Shown: piece after piece, positions 26,637 to 36,306 of the stretch
Numbering within the stretch: position 1 is the first letter of the stretch
Layout of the letters: every line of letters begins with the position of its first letter
Source: an uncultured Spirochaetales bacterium
GTDB taxonomy: Bacteria > Spirochaetota > Spirochaetia > Sphaerochaetales > Sphaerochaetaceae
Direction: 5' to 3'
DNA length: 64,000 nucleotides
Assembly: GCA_949289305.1 (NCBI GenBank)
Contig: CASENB010000008.1
Coordinates: forward strand, 87,307 to 151,306
Notes under the pieces: model-generated
What the model was told of the DNA's origin: nothing
The model's database searches: none
Seen by the model: the letters and a program-made list of their open reading frames with translations, nothing else
Program-made: the position numbers and the translations under genes

Positions 26637-27323
26637 ATGGCAGGAAAGGTAGACACAGCACAATACATTTTCGATACGCTGAAAGACGAAATCCTATCTC
26701 TGGAACTTAAGCCTAGCGATGAGATATCAGAAGCAGATCTCTGTAAAAGATTCGATGCCTCCAGAACTCCTGTGCGTACTGCCATACAACGTTTATCAGA
26801 TATAGATCTTGTAGAGATTGCACCATATCAGTATACGAGGGTTAGTCTAATAGACTATTCATGTGCAAAGCAGATGATATTCATGCGAATCGTAATGGAG
26901 AGCAGGATATTATCAGACTTCATAGACAAGGCCGATGAATTTCTAATTGAAGATTTAGATCATATTATCAGAAAACAAGATATACTACTAAAGGGAAGTT
27001 TTGTCGCAGAAGACTTCTACAAGCTCGATACCGCTTTCCATAGCACGTTTTTCCGCGTTATGGATGCGCTTGAGATCTGGCGTCTTATGCAGGAATCCGT
27101 TCACTATACGAGACTGAGGATGCTAGATATCGTGGAAGTCAGAGACTTTCTTACCATCGTTGAAGAACACAAAGAGATTCTTAACATGGTAAGGGAGAAG
27201 AGAAAAGACGGAATATCTACCCTGCTATCAGCCCATTTGAATGGAGGACTTATCCGAATAAAGGAGCGAAGCGGCGGCAGATATGAGAAATATTTTAGAA
27301 ACTATAAAGAAGGAGAAATATAG
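26637..27323 (+). CDS. GntR-family transcriptional regulator (FadR/FCD subfamily)
   Basis: N-terminal wHTH (LKPSDEISEADLCKRFDASRTPVRTAIQRL) and a helical FCD-like C-terminus. I prefer the ATG at 26637 (MAGKVD) to the TTG at 26586, which lies inside the operator repeats. Confidence 0.8.
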   Translation: MAGKVDTAQYIFDTLKDEILSLELKPSDEISEADLCKRFDASRTPVRTAIQRLSDIDLVEIAPYQYTRVSLIDYSCAKQMIFMRIVMESRILSDFIDKADEFLIEDLDHIIRKQDILLKGSFVAEDFYKLDTAFHSTFFRVMDALEIWRLMQESVHYTRLRMLDIVEVRDFLTIVEEHKEILNMVREKRKDGISTLLSAHLNGGLIRIKERSGGRYEKYFRNYKEGEI

Positions 27324-27325
27324 TT

Positions 27326-28168
27326 ATGGACATTCGCTATTCAACAGGAAAAGAGCCATTTAAGAGAATGACGACAGATGAGCTCAGGGACGAGTTCCTC
27401 ATCCAGAACATCTTTAAAGCAGATGACATCTCATGTGTTTACTCACACGTAGACAGAATCGTAGTAATGGGATGCATGCCGGTAAAAGAAGAAGTCAGTG
27501 CAGATAAGGGCATCGACACATGGAAGAACTTCGGAGCTCACTACCTACTCGAAAGAAGAGAGATGGGCGTTATCAACATCGCAGAAAAAGGAACTGTAAA
27601 AGTAGACGGAAAAGAGTACGAGATGAATCATTTCGACTGCATTTACATCCCAATGGGAACAAAGGAAGTAACTTTCAAGAGCGCAGATGCTGCAGCTCCT
27701 GCAAAGTTCTATATCATTACAGTTCCAGCACACAAGCCATGCCCGATTGCACATATTCCATTCGAGAAGGCAATTCACAAGCACCTCGGATCTCAGGCAA
27801 CAAGCAACGAGAGGACAATCAACCAGTACATCCATCCAGATGTTCTTGAGACATGCCAGCTCTCAATGGGACTAACACATCTTGAAGAGGGATCTGTATG
27901 GAACACGATGCCTGTTCACACACACGAAAGAAGAATGGAAGTCTACTTCTATTTCGACATGAAGGATGACAACGTAGTATTCCACTTCATGGGCGAGCCT
28001 ACAGAGACAAAGCACATCATCATGCACAACGATGAGGCTGTTATCAACCCAAGCTGGTCAATTCATGCTGGATGCGGCACATCCAACTACACATTCATCT
28101 GGGCTATGTGCGGCGAAAACAGAGCATACGACGATCAGGATTGGATCAACACACAAGATCTTAGATAA
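27326..28168 (+). CDS. kduI: 5-dehydro-4-deoxy-D-glucuronate isomerase
   Basis: 280 aa. Collinear with my recollection of E. coli KduI (MD[IV]R...DELR[DN]EFL[IV]...VYSH[VI]DRI[IV]V.G..P) and has cupin His residues. Confidence 0.88.
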   Translation: MDIRYSTGKEPFKRMTTDELRDEFLIQNIFKADDISCVYSHVDRIVVMGCMPVKEEVSADKGIDTWKNFGAHYLLERREMGVINIAEKGTVKVDGKEYEMNHFDCIYIPMGTKEVTFKSADAAAPAKFYIITVPAHKPCPIAHIPFEKAIHKHLGSQATSNERTINQYIHPDVLETCQLSMGLTHLEEGSVWNTMPVHTHERRMEVYFYFDMKDDNVVFHFMGEPTETKHIIMHNDEAVINPSWSIHAGCGTSNYTFIWAMCGENRAYDDQDWINTQDLR

Positions 28169-28190
28169 ATAATATTAGGAGGAAAAGAAA

Positions 28191-28976
28191 ATGGAAATGA
28201 AAGATTTCTCCCTAGAGGGAAAGGTAGCATGGGTTACAGGCGCTAGCTACGGAATCGGTTTTGCAATCGCATCTGCTTATGCAACAGCTGGTGCAAAGAT
28301 CGTTTTCAACGATATCAAGCAGGAACTCGTAGACAAGGGACTTCAGGCTTACAAAGAAGCAGGAATTGAAGCAGCAGGTTATGTTTGCGACGTTACAAAC
28401 GAAGAAGCTGTAGAAAAGACAACAGCAGAAATTCTTGAGAAGTTCGGCAAGATCGACATTCTTGTAAACAACGCAGGTATCATCAAGAGAATCCCAATGC
28501 TTGAGATGAAGGCATCTGAGTTCAGACAGGTTATCGACGTAGACCTAAACGCTCCATTCATCGTATCAAAGGCAGTCATTCCATCAATGATCAAGAATGG
28601 CCATGGAAAGATCATCAACATCTGTTCTATGATGAGCGAGCTTGGAAGAGAGACTGTAAGCGCTTATGCAGCTGCTAAGGGCGGATTGAAGATGCTTACA
28701 AGGAACATCGCAAGCGAATACGGCCAGTACAACATCCAGTGCAATGGCATTGGACCTGGATATATCGAAACACCTCAAACAGCTCCTCTAAGAGTTCCAG
28801 GACATCCTTTCAACGAATTCATTCTCGCAAAGACTCCTGCAAACCGCTGGGGAAAGCCAGAGGATCTTCAGGGACCTGCAGTATTCTTAGCATCAGATGC
28901 ATCCAACTTCGTAAACGGACACGTTCTATACGTAGACGGAGGTATCCTTGCTTACATTGGAAAGCAGCCTCAGTAA
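28191..28976 (+). CDS. kduD: 2-dehydro-3-deoxy-D-gluconate 5-dehydrogenase / gluconate 5-dehydrogenase-type SDR
   Basis: 261 aa. TGASYGIG cofactor motif, NNAG, and the YAAAK catalytic Y-x3-K. Immediately downstream of kduI. Confidence 0.75.
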   Translation: MEMKDFSLEGKVAWVTGASYGIGFAIASAYATAGAKIVFNDIKQELVDKGLQAYKEAGIEAAGYVCDVTNEEAVEKTTAEILEKFGKIDILVNNAGIIKRIPMLEMKASEFRQVIDVDLNAPFIVSKAVIPSMIKNGHGKIINICSMMSELGRETVSAYAAAKGGLKMLTRNIASEYGQYNIQCNGIGPGYIETPQTAPLRVPGHPFNEFILAKTPANRWGKPEDLQGPAVFLASDASNFVNGHVLYVDGGILAYIGKQPQ

Positions 28977-28995
28977 GAAGATCTGACGATCTAAT

Positions 28996-29024
28996 GCGCA
29001 CTCTTTTCAGGGTGCGCTTTTTTA
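28996..29024 (+). terminator. Rho-independent terminator of the kdu operon
   Basis: GCGCAC (28996..29001), loop, GTGCGC (29012..29017), then TTTTTT. Confidence 0.75.
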
Positions 29025-29081
29025 TTCAACAAAAAAGGCTACCGAATCCTCGATAGCCACAAGGTTTTGATTATTTTTCTA

Positions 29082-29663
29082 TTAAACTTCTGTCGGTTGA
29101 ACAGTGTTTCTAATGTAATCGATGAAGTATGTTACAGCATATGCCTGAGGAAGCGTCATATCATATACGTACTCATCGTTATAACGGATTCTGATGTAGT
29201 CAAGATTCTCAGCATCGCTGAATACCTGATAGAGAGCTGGAATCTCATCATCGTCCAATATCATTCCGCCAGATGTCTCCGTGTCGCTAGGCTGGGCCAT
29301 TAATCCGTTAAGATTCTCTGCTGTGAACCTGTCGCCACGGCTGTTCATGATTGCAACCGAATTGAGGAAGTATACCGTTCCAAATCCCATGGAATCATAC
29401 ACAGTCGCATCAAAATGCCAGTCAGGGCTGTCCCCGATATCCTCATCCCCTGTCGTGTAAGAGAGCTTTATAGGCAGCATCGAGTAGTACAGTCCGCTTT
29501 CAGTCATTGAATACTCAGTCTCAAGAGTAAAGTCGTCGTGCTCTACAGAAAGAGTGTTTACCACATCAGCCTTGTAATCCCCACCGCCAAAAAGGGAGGA
29601 GCAGGAAGTGAATGCGAAAACTAAAAGTGCCAAAGACAATGCCATGATTAGTTTTTTTCTCAT
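29082..29663 (-). CDS. Hypothetical lipoprotein
   Basis: 193 aa. Signal peptide MRKKLIMALSLALLVFAFTSC with Cys at the lipobox position. No recognisable domain. Confidence 0.6.
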   Translation of the reverse strand: MRKKLIMALSLALLVFAFTSCSSLFGGGDYKADVVNTLSVEHDDFTLETEYSMTESGLYYSMLPIKLSYTTGDEDIGDSPDWHFDATVYDSMGFGTVYFLNSVAIMNSRGDRFTAENLNGLMAQPSDTETSGGMILDDDEIPALYQVFSDAENLDYIRIRYNDEYVYDMTLPQAYAVTYFIDYIRNTVQPTEV

Positions 29664-29886
29664 GAAAATTCCTCCAAAATAATTAATGTGTTTGATTATT
29701 TGTCAATATTTTATATTATAATCATACTTTTAGTCAATTTAATTTATATTTAAAATTCCTCACGCTTTTTTGAGGTATTTTTTTGGGATTTCCTCGCTTC
29801 CCTTCTTTTCCCATTAAAGTCCAATTTCATAATAATTATGTTTTCTTATTGCATTAATTTCTTTAATAATATAGACTTCACGGGTT

Positions 29887-31698
29887 ATGAGTAATTTAGA
29901 AGCATTTAAGGAATTAGGTCTAAGCGATAAGACCATTGAGGCCCTAAGGGCGAAGGGATTTGTTGAGCCTACAGAGATTCAGAGGCTATGTATACCACTA
30001 TTATTACAAGAGAATACGGAAGTAATAGGACAGGCGCAGACTGGAACGGGAAAGACAGCGGCCTTCGCACTTCCAATAATAGAAAGCATTGACGGGGGAT
30101 CGAGGTTTCCAGAAGCCTTGATACTATGCCCTACAAGAGAGCTGGCACTCCAAGTTGCAGATGAGATAAAAAGCTTAAAAGGCGAAAAGAAAATAGAAGT
30201 TCTTACAGTATATGGCGGGGCAAGCATGGAGACCCAGCTTAAAGCGCTTAAAAAAGGCGTTGACGTAGTAGTAGGAACTCCTGGAAGGGTTCTAGACCAT
30301 ATAAAAAGAGGGACTCTCAAACTTGAGAAGCTGAAATTCGCTGTTCTTGACGAAGCTGACGAGATGCTCGACATGGGCTTTATCGAGGACATTGAAGCAA
30401 TCCTTTCTGAAACACCAGAGAACAAAAGAATGCTTATGTTCTCCGCGACAATGCCAAAACCCGTATTGTCCATAGCTGAGAGATTCATGCATGATTATCA
30501 GCTCATAAGAACTGAGATAAAAGACACGTCAAGCAAGAATACGCATCAGATCTATTTCCAGGTAAGGGAATCAGACAAGCTCGAAGCGCTATCACGTATT
30601 ATCGACAGAGAAGTTGGATTTTATGGCGTAATATTCTGCCGTACAAAACTTCAGTGCGAAGAGATTGCAAACAAACTGATAAGCCGCGGCTATGACGCAC
30701 AGGCTCTGCACGGGGATCTTTCTCAGAGAGAGAGGGAAGTAATACTAAAAAGGATGAGAGAAAAAAGACTCTCGATATTAGTTGCGACAGACGTTGCATC
30801 ACGCGGCCTCGACATACAGGAGCTTACGCACGTAATCAACTACTCTATCCCCGAAGATCCTGAAATCTATATCCACAGAGTCGGACGCACAGGAAGAGCA
30901 GGACACGAGGGAACGGCAATCACGCTAATCACTCCTCGCGAAGAGAGACGATTCAACTTCATTAAGAAAGCTACAAGCAGCGAGATAGTAAAAGAAGAAG
31001 TTCCAACGCCAGAAGAAGTAATTGACGCAAAAAGGCGTAGGATCCTTTCAGATTTGAAAGAGAAGGTAAAAAGAGAACCTAAAGAGGATTATCTTGCAAT
31101 AGCTTATGCTGTCCTAAAAGAGGCAAAAGATCCTCTCAAGGCGTTTGCAGCCCTTCTTAACTCAATCTATAAGGACGAGCTTGAAGTAAGCCAGTACAAG
31201 AAGATTACGAGCGCATCTTCGGACAAGGCAAAGTCAAGAAGAGAAAAGATCAGAGAAAAAGAGAGGAAAGACGGCCTTGTAAGACTCTTTGTCGCAAGAG
31301 GAAAGAGGGACGGCCTTAATAAGAAGAAGCTTGCAGAAGCCATCTGCAGCGAAGTAAAAGGTGTTAAGGACGAGGATTTGCAGGGAATTGAAATAATGGA
31401 GAACTTCTCATTTTTAAACGTCCCTTCCTCTTTGGCAGATAAAATAATAAACTATTATTCAAGCGTTGGCAGATCCATCATCTCAAGAGCACATACGGAT
31501 GAAGAGAGGGAGGATGCTAAAATTGAAAGGAGCATGAAGAAAAAAGATAATGCGCTCACATCAAGAAGCAGAAGGAGAAGAGAAAGGGATTACGACGATC
31601 AGCCTTACGGAAGAGATCTTCGCCTAGACGGCTCTCCAAAGCCAAGCGTAAATAAGAAGAGAAAAGAAAAAACAAAAGGAAAAAGGAAGAAGAAATAA
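29887..31698 (+). CDS. DEAD-box RNA helicase, DeaD/CsdA-like with a DbpA-type and basic C-terminal extension
   Basis: 603 aa. AQTGTGKT, VLDEADEM, SAT, HRVGRTGRAG. The C-terminal region has a DbpA-like segment (RLFVARGKRDGLNKKKL) and an R/K-rich tail. Preceded by a 220-nt AT-rich upstream region. Confidence 0.9.
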   Translation: MSNLEAFKELGLSDKTIEALRAKGFVEPTEIQRLCIPLLLQENTEVIGQAQTGTGKTAAFALPIIESIDGGSRFPEALILCPTRELALQVADEIKSLKGEKKIEVLTVYGGASMETQLKALKKGVDVVVGTPGRVLDHIKRGTLKLEKLKFAVLDEADEMLDMGFIEDIEAILSETPENKRMLMFSATMPKPVLSIAERFMHDYQLIRTEIKDTSSKNTHQIYFQVRESDKLEALSRIIDREVGFYGVIFCRTKLQCEEIANKLISRGYDAQALHGDLSQREREVILKRMREKRLSILVATDVASRGLDIQELTHVINYSIPEDPEIYIHRVGRTGRAGHEGTAITLITPREERRFNFIKKATSSEIVKEEVPTPEEVIDAKRRRILSDLKEKVKREPKEDYLAIAYAVLKEAKDPLKAFAALLNSIYKDELEVSQYKKITSASSDKAKSRREKIREKERKDGLVRLFVARGKRDGLNKKKLAEAICSEVKGVKDEDLQGIEIMENFSFLNVPSSLADKIINYYSSVGRSIISRAHTDEEREDAKIERSMKKKDNALTSRSRRRRERDYDDQPYGRDLRLDGSPKPSVNKKRKEKTKGKRKKK

Positions 31699-32798
31699 TG
31701 AGTAAGACCTACGATTATCTTGTTGTCGGATCGGGGCTATTCGGAGCGACATTCACATACCTTGCAACAGAGGAAGGAAAGAGAGTACTCGTACTTGAAA
31801 AGAGGGATCATCAGGGAGGAAACGTCTATCAGGAGAAAAGGGACGGGATATCCATTCATAAATACGGCGCGCACATATTCCATACGTCAAACAAGGACGT
31901 ATGGGATTTTGTAAACAAATTCACAAGTTTCAACAATTATATAAACAGCCCTATAGCGTACTATCATGGCCAAGTTTATAACATGCCTTTTAATATGAAC
32001 ACGTTCTCAAAAATGTTCTCCGTAGTCACCCCTGCTGAGGCAAAAAAGGTAATCGAGGACGAAAAAAAAGAGATTAGCAGAGAACCTGAGAACCTTGAAG
32101 AGCAGGCCATCAGCCTTGTCGGAAGAACCATATACGAAAAGCTTGTAAAGGAATATACGGAAAAGCAATGGGGAAAGAGCTGCAAGGAACTTCCCCCTTC
32201 TATTATAAAACGCCTTCCCGTGCGCTTTACATACGATAACAACTATTTCAGCGACCGCTACCAAGGAATTCCAGAGCATGGATACAATTCGATAATAGAT
32301 AAGATGCTTGAAAAAGCAGATGTCATTCTAAATACAGATTATCTGAAAGACCGTGAAAAATGGAGTGCCCTGGCAGAAAGAATCCTTTACACGGGCTGCC
32401 TTGACGAGTTCTATGGATACAAATACGGAAAGCTTGAATACAGATCAGAAATATTCGAACATGAAAAAGTCGAATGCGAGAACTACCAGGGCAATGCAGT
32501 CGTAAACTATACGAGCCATGAAGTGCCTTATACAAGGATAATTGAGCACAAGCACTTTTTAAGAGAGGACAGCCCTGTCTCCTGGATAAGCAGGGAGTAT
32601 CCCGTCTCTTTTGAAGAGACTGGGGAGCCATACTACCCTATAAACGATGAGAAGAACAGCACCCTCTATAAAAAATACAGAGCTGATGCTGATGCAGAGA
32701 GCAAGCTAATAATCGGCGGACGCCTTGCCGAATACAAGTACTACGATATGGATAAGACGATAGAAAGCGCTATGGCAACCTATCAAAGATGCAGATGA
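31698..32798 (+). CDS. glf: UDP-galactopyranose mutase
   Basis: 366 aa. N-terminus YDYLVVGSGLFGA...GGN is near-identical in pattern to Glf. The start overlaps the helicase stop (TAATG). Confidence 0.9.
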   Translation: MSKTYDYLVVGSGLFGATFTYLATEEGKRVLVLEKRDHQGGNVYQEKRDGISIHKYGAHIFHTSNKDVWDFVNKFTSFNNYINSPIAYYHGQVYNMPFNMNTFSKMFSVVTPAEAKKVIEDEKKEISREPENLEEQAISLVGRTIYEKLVKEYTEKQWGKSCKELPPSIIKRLPVRFTYDNNYFSDRYQGIPEHGYNSIIDKMLEKADVILNTDYLKDREKWSALAERILYTGCLDEFYGYKYGKLEYRSEIFEHEKVECENYQGNAVVNYTSHEVPYTRIIEHKHFLREDSPVSWISREYPVSFEETGEPYYPINDEKNSTLYKKYRADADAESKLIIGGRLAEYKYYDMDKTIESAMATYQRCR

Positions 32799-33103
32799 TC
32801 GTCATATCGTTCAGAAAGAAGGGTGCGCATGAAGCCGTCCTTCTTTTTTAACATCTGAGAACCGCGTGTTATCTTACATAAACTGATATTCCTATTTTTT
32901 GCAATCTCCCTCTGGCTCTTGCCACGCTTTAAATCATCCATTAAAAGCCATCTGAGAACGAAGTCCGAAATCTCCGCTTCTGTAAAGAGATCGTCGAAAA
33001 GACGTCTCATATCTTCCTTGTTATCGATATCGACAGCAACTGAGAGAATATCATCTAGGGCTTTTTTGCCCTCTTCTGTTTTCATTACATCATTCTTTTT
33101 CAT
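32783..33103 (-). CDS. TrpR-family (YerC/YecD-like) DNA-binding protein
   Basis: 106 aa. SQREIAKNRNISLCKITRGSQMLKK matches the TrpR HTH (SQRE...I.TITRGSN.LK). Confidence 0.75.
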   Translation of the reverse strand: MKKNDVMKTEEGKKALDDILSVAVDIDNKEDMRRLFDDLFTEAEISDFVLRWLLMDDLKRGKSQREIAKNRNISLCKITRGSQMLKKKDGFMRTLLSERYDDHLHL

Positions 33104-33125
33104 AGTATCAATATATTAACACAAA

Positions 33126-34682
33126 TCAGAGCGCAGGTGAAAATAGCTTATAAAAATACCTGAACGCTTTCCTTATTATGCTTATCTTATCTGCATCTCC
33201 CGCCCTTATCTCCTTCGACAGAGAGAAGATCTTATCAAAGTCCTCCTTGATCGGAGATAGGACGGACGAACCGTAGAATGCGACAGAAAGTTCAAAATGC
33301 AAAAAGAACGATCTATAATCAAGATTCGTAGTTCCAACAATCGCACGAGAATCATCGGAGAGAAACATCTTAGAGTGGACGAATCCCGGTGTAAACTCAT
33401 AAATCTTTACTCCTGACATTATAAGACTCTCGTAATTGCTTCTTGTAACTTCATGGACCTGAACCTTATCAGGATAGTTCGGAGTCACGATCCTGACATC
33501 GATTCCGCTCTCTGCCGCCATTGAAAGGGCTGAGAGGAGCTTGTCGTCAGGTATCAAATAAGGAGTTGCTATCCAGATGTATTTCTTTGCGCTGTTGATA
33601 ATATTTAAATATGCGTTCTCCCCCATCTGCACAGGAAAGAAAGGGCTTGCGCCGAACACCTGCACAAGGCCGTCGTTTTCGGCTTTGTAGCTTGGAAGGT
33701 AGCACTCAAGATCTATCTCCTTTTCTCTCGTAAGAGAAAGCCATGTCTCTAAAAAGAGCCTTGTCAAAGAGAAGCAAGCATCACCTTTGAGCTTTATTGC
33801 ATTGTCTTTCCAGTATCCGAATCTTATAGTTCTATTCGCATACTCGTCAGATAAATTAAGGCCTCCCGTATAGCACACGTTTCCGTCTATGGATAATATC
33901 TTCCTATGATCTCTGAAGTTAATTCTCGGATTAACATGAATCTTCACAGGATTAAAAGCATAGGCTTTTATACCCATCTGCCTAAGGGTCTTGTCATATT
34001 GAAAAGGTATGGCGTTAATAGATCCCATATCGTCGTAAATAACCCTTACGTCCACGCCCTCTTTTGTTTTTCTTTTTAATATATCAAGCGTCTTATCCCA
34101 GATCTCGCCTTTTCCGATTATGAAATACTCTATGAAAATGTACTTCTCAGCCTTTTCTAGCTCGCCAAAAACATCAGCAAAGAAGTCCTCTCCTGTCGGG
34201 TAGTAATAGACTTCAGTGTTATCATACGCTGGAAGGCCCGTCATATTGTATATGTAGTTAGCCATCCTGACGTCTTCATCGTTCGTCATCAGCCTTCTTG
34301 CGTTCTCCATCTCTTTGACATCCCTTGAGAGCGTTAAATGGCTGTTAATATAATCCTGAAGACGACGCTCTGCCCTATGTCCGATCTTCTTGTTTCCAAA
34401 TATCAGATATAATATTCCGCCAAAGGTGGGAAAAACAGAGGCAAGAGCGATCCATACGACCTTATACGACGGATTTTCATTTCTAGTTAAAACGAAGATA
34501 GTAACAGCTGCTGATAGCAGATAAAAATATAGATAGTACCCCTTCACATAAGATGCCCAGAATACCAAATATCCCATTAGAAAAAGTTCCAAGGCAATAA
34601 GAAAAATAGACCATACCAGGCGCGATGTGACTATCTTAAATAACTTTCTAACCATGACTCCTCTTTGAGAATTCGCATCCAC
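33126..34682 (-). CDS. cls: Cardiolipin synthase (PLD superfamily)
   Basis: 518 aa. Two N-terminal TM helices and two HKD motifs (HRKILSIDG and HSKMFLSDD). Confidence 0.9.
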   Translation of the reverse strand: MDANSQRGVMVRKLFKIVTSRLVWSIFLIALELFLMGYLVFWASYVKGYYLYFYLLSAAVTIFVLTRNENPSYKVVWIALASVFPTFGGILYLIFGNKKIGHRAERRLQDYINSHLTLSRDVKEMENARRLMTNDEDVRMANYIYNMTGLPAYDNTEVYYYPTGEDFFADVFGELEKAEKYIFIEYFIIGKGEIWDKTLDILKRKTKEGVDVRVIYDDMGSINAIPFQYDKTLRQMGIKAYAFNPVKIHVNPRINFRDHRKILSIDGNVCYTGGLNLSDEYANRTIRFGYWKDNAIKLKGDACFSLTRLFLETWLSLTREKEIDLECYLPSYKAENDGLVQVFGASPFFPVQMGENAYLNIINSAKKYIWIATPYLIPDDKLLSALSMAAESGIDVRIVTPNYPDKVQVHEVTRSNYESLIMSGVKIYEFTPGFVHSKMFLSDDSRAIVGTTNLDYRSFFLHFELSVAFYGSSVLSPIKEDFDKIFSLSKEIRAGDADKISIIRKAFRYFYKLFSPAL

Positions 34683-35196
34683 AGTAGTTCTGCCTATAGA
34701 GATTCATCTCTTTAGAGAGCACTATGGATCTGTTAAATCCATCTTTTTTCTTAAAGTCTATCTCCTCAAAACCTTCGTATTTCTTACCTATAGAAAAAAT
34801 TTTAGCAGAATTTTTGAATCTTGAGACAGTCAGCGTCGTAGTAAAATATTTTATTCCAAGCTCTTTAGCCTTCAAATAAGCCCTGTTAAGGTTAAAGTCA
34901 AAGCAGTGAGAACAACGCACTCCCCCTTCCCTTTCATTTTCATATCCCCTGACAGCCTCCCTCCACGATGCATGGTCGTAATCATCTTTGATTACACTAA
35001 GATTATTCAGCTTTGCAACCTTCAAAAGTTCCGAGTATCTTTTCTCAAACTCTTCGTGCGTGTCTATATTGCTGTTTGAAAAATATAATACCGGCCTATA
35101 GTCTAAAGAGAGCAGACGTTCAATAGAACTTGTTGAACATGGGCCGCAACATACGTGAAGCAGAATCTTTTCACCTTTTTCCATATAGATTATCAT
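34648..35196 (-). CDS. queH: Epoxyqueuosine reductase QueH (DUF208)
   Basis: 182 aa. LLHVCCGPCS near the N-terminus and YRQNYCGCEFS near the C-terminus are QueH hallmarks. Confidence 0.85.
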   Translation of the reverse strand: MIIYMEKGEKILLHVCCGPCSTSSIERLLSLDYRPVLYFSNSNIDTHEEFEKRYSELLKVAKLNNLSVIKDDYDHASWREAVRGYENEREGGVRCSHCFDFNLNRAYLKAKELGIKYFTTTLTVSRFKNSAKIFSIGKKYEGFEEIDFKKKDGFNRSIVLSKEMNLYRQNYCGCEFSKRSHG

Positions 35197-35229
35197 AGAA
35201 TATATCGTTTATTTTTTGTAGGTGATTAC

Positions 35230-36306
35230 ATGAGAAAATACAAGATGGCTCTATGCCTTGTGCTTGCAGTAATGATGGCAGGCTTTACGTTCTTTACAGA
35301 TTATTCAAATCAGGCAAAACTGCTTTTTCTGGTAGTAGGACTTCTTGCTATTGCTTTTCTAAGCAGAGGAAACGCAGTATATGCGAAAGCAAGCAAGATC
35401 ATCGCAAGAAGAAATCCTAATGAGCTTGCCCATGCCATCTCTCTGATGGAGAAAGCCCTCGATCTAGGATGTTCTGAAAACTATACGGTAATTGCAGCAA
35501 CACTCGTTCTTCAGCATGGGGATATGGAGAAAGCAAGAGAAAATCTTGAAGAAAAGACTAATAGCGGATCTAAGAACATCAGAAGCAGCGCAAAGTCTTC
35601 CCTTTCGATGTATTACTACATGAAAGGCGATATTGATAAAGCAATAAAGCTTGCAGAAGAGGCAAAGCAAGAGAGAAGCAAAAATGCGAACCTGTATGCA
35701 AATCTCTGCCTATACTATCTTGCAAACAACGACAAGAGGAACTACAGAAGAACTCTTAACGAAGCATTCGGCAAAGATGCGACGAGCCTTGCGTTAATAG
35801 ACATTCAAGCAACGTATTTCATACTTCAAGGTGAATATGCGAAAGCAGGCTATACGCTGAACAAGCTTTTTTCTCAGATGACACCTACATACCCCGATCC
35901 ATATATCCATTTTGCAATGGTCTATTTAAAATACGGCCATGTCGGTGATGCAATAAAAATGCTTGAAGACTCTCTTTATTCATCGTTTACAAACACATCT
36001 CTTCTTCAGAAAGAGGATATTGAGACTATGATAAGAGGCCTCGAAGATCCAAAAAGCAGAATGAAATGGACGCTTGCGATAAATTCAGACAAGACGCTCT
36101 CAATAAAGCATCATCTGCCAAGAATTAAAGAGGAAGAAAAAACAGAAGAGACGTCTGCTCCAGTTCTTCCAGGCTTTCCAAGTCTTCCTAACTTTAATGA
36201 TGAAAGCCTAGAAAAAGAGATTGCAAAAAGAAAGCTCGATGAAGACGAAGTCAACACAGCCTTAACAGAAGAGGATGATGAGTGGCTTAAAAAGCACAAC
36301 CTTTAA
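35230..36306 (+). CDS. Membrane-anchored TPR-repeat protein
   Basis: Start moved to the ATG at 35230 (MRKYKMALCL..., GGTGA upstream). Two N-terminal TM helices, TPR-like helical repeats and an acidic C-terminal tail. Confidence 0.6.
   Translation: MRKYKMALCLVLAVMMAGFTFFTDYSNQAKLLFLVVGLLAIAFLSRGNAVYAKASKIIARRNPNELAHAISLMEKALDLGCSENYTVIAATLVLQHGDMEKARENLEEKTNSGSKNIRSSAKSSLSMYYYMKGDIDKAIKLAEEAKQERSKNANLYANLCLYYLANNDKRNYRRTLNEAFGKDATSLALIDIQATYFILQGEYAKAGYTLNKLFSQMTPTYPDPYIHFAMVYLKYGHVGDAIKMLEDSLYSSFTNTSLLQKEDIETMIRGLEDPKSRMKWTLAINSDKTLSIKHHLPRIKEEEKTEETSAPVLPGFPSLPNFNDESLEKEIAKRKLDEDEVNTALTEEDDEWLKKHNL

Noticed and set aside
29758-29786. Small hairpin CCTCA/TGAGG plus T-run upstream of the DeaD-like helicase gene, possibly ending a tiny plus-strand transcript from a TTGATT-16-TATATT promoter.
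   Set aside because: The stem is only 5 bp and the putative transcript would be about 50 nt. This is more likely part of the long AT-rich 5' leader/promoter region typical of cold-shock helicase genes.
29979-30488. 169-aa minus-strand ORF inside the DeaD-like helicase gene. Similar long antisense ORFs occur at 6459..6869, 9463..9780, 20913..21293, 27520..27849, 53705..54052 and 57147..57557.
   Set aside because: Each lies wholly inside a CDS with strong family motifs on the other strand. They have low-complexity or Ser/Leu-rich composition and no RBS. They are typical shadow ORFs.
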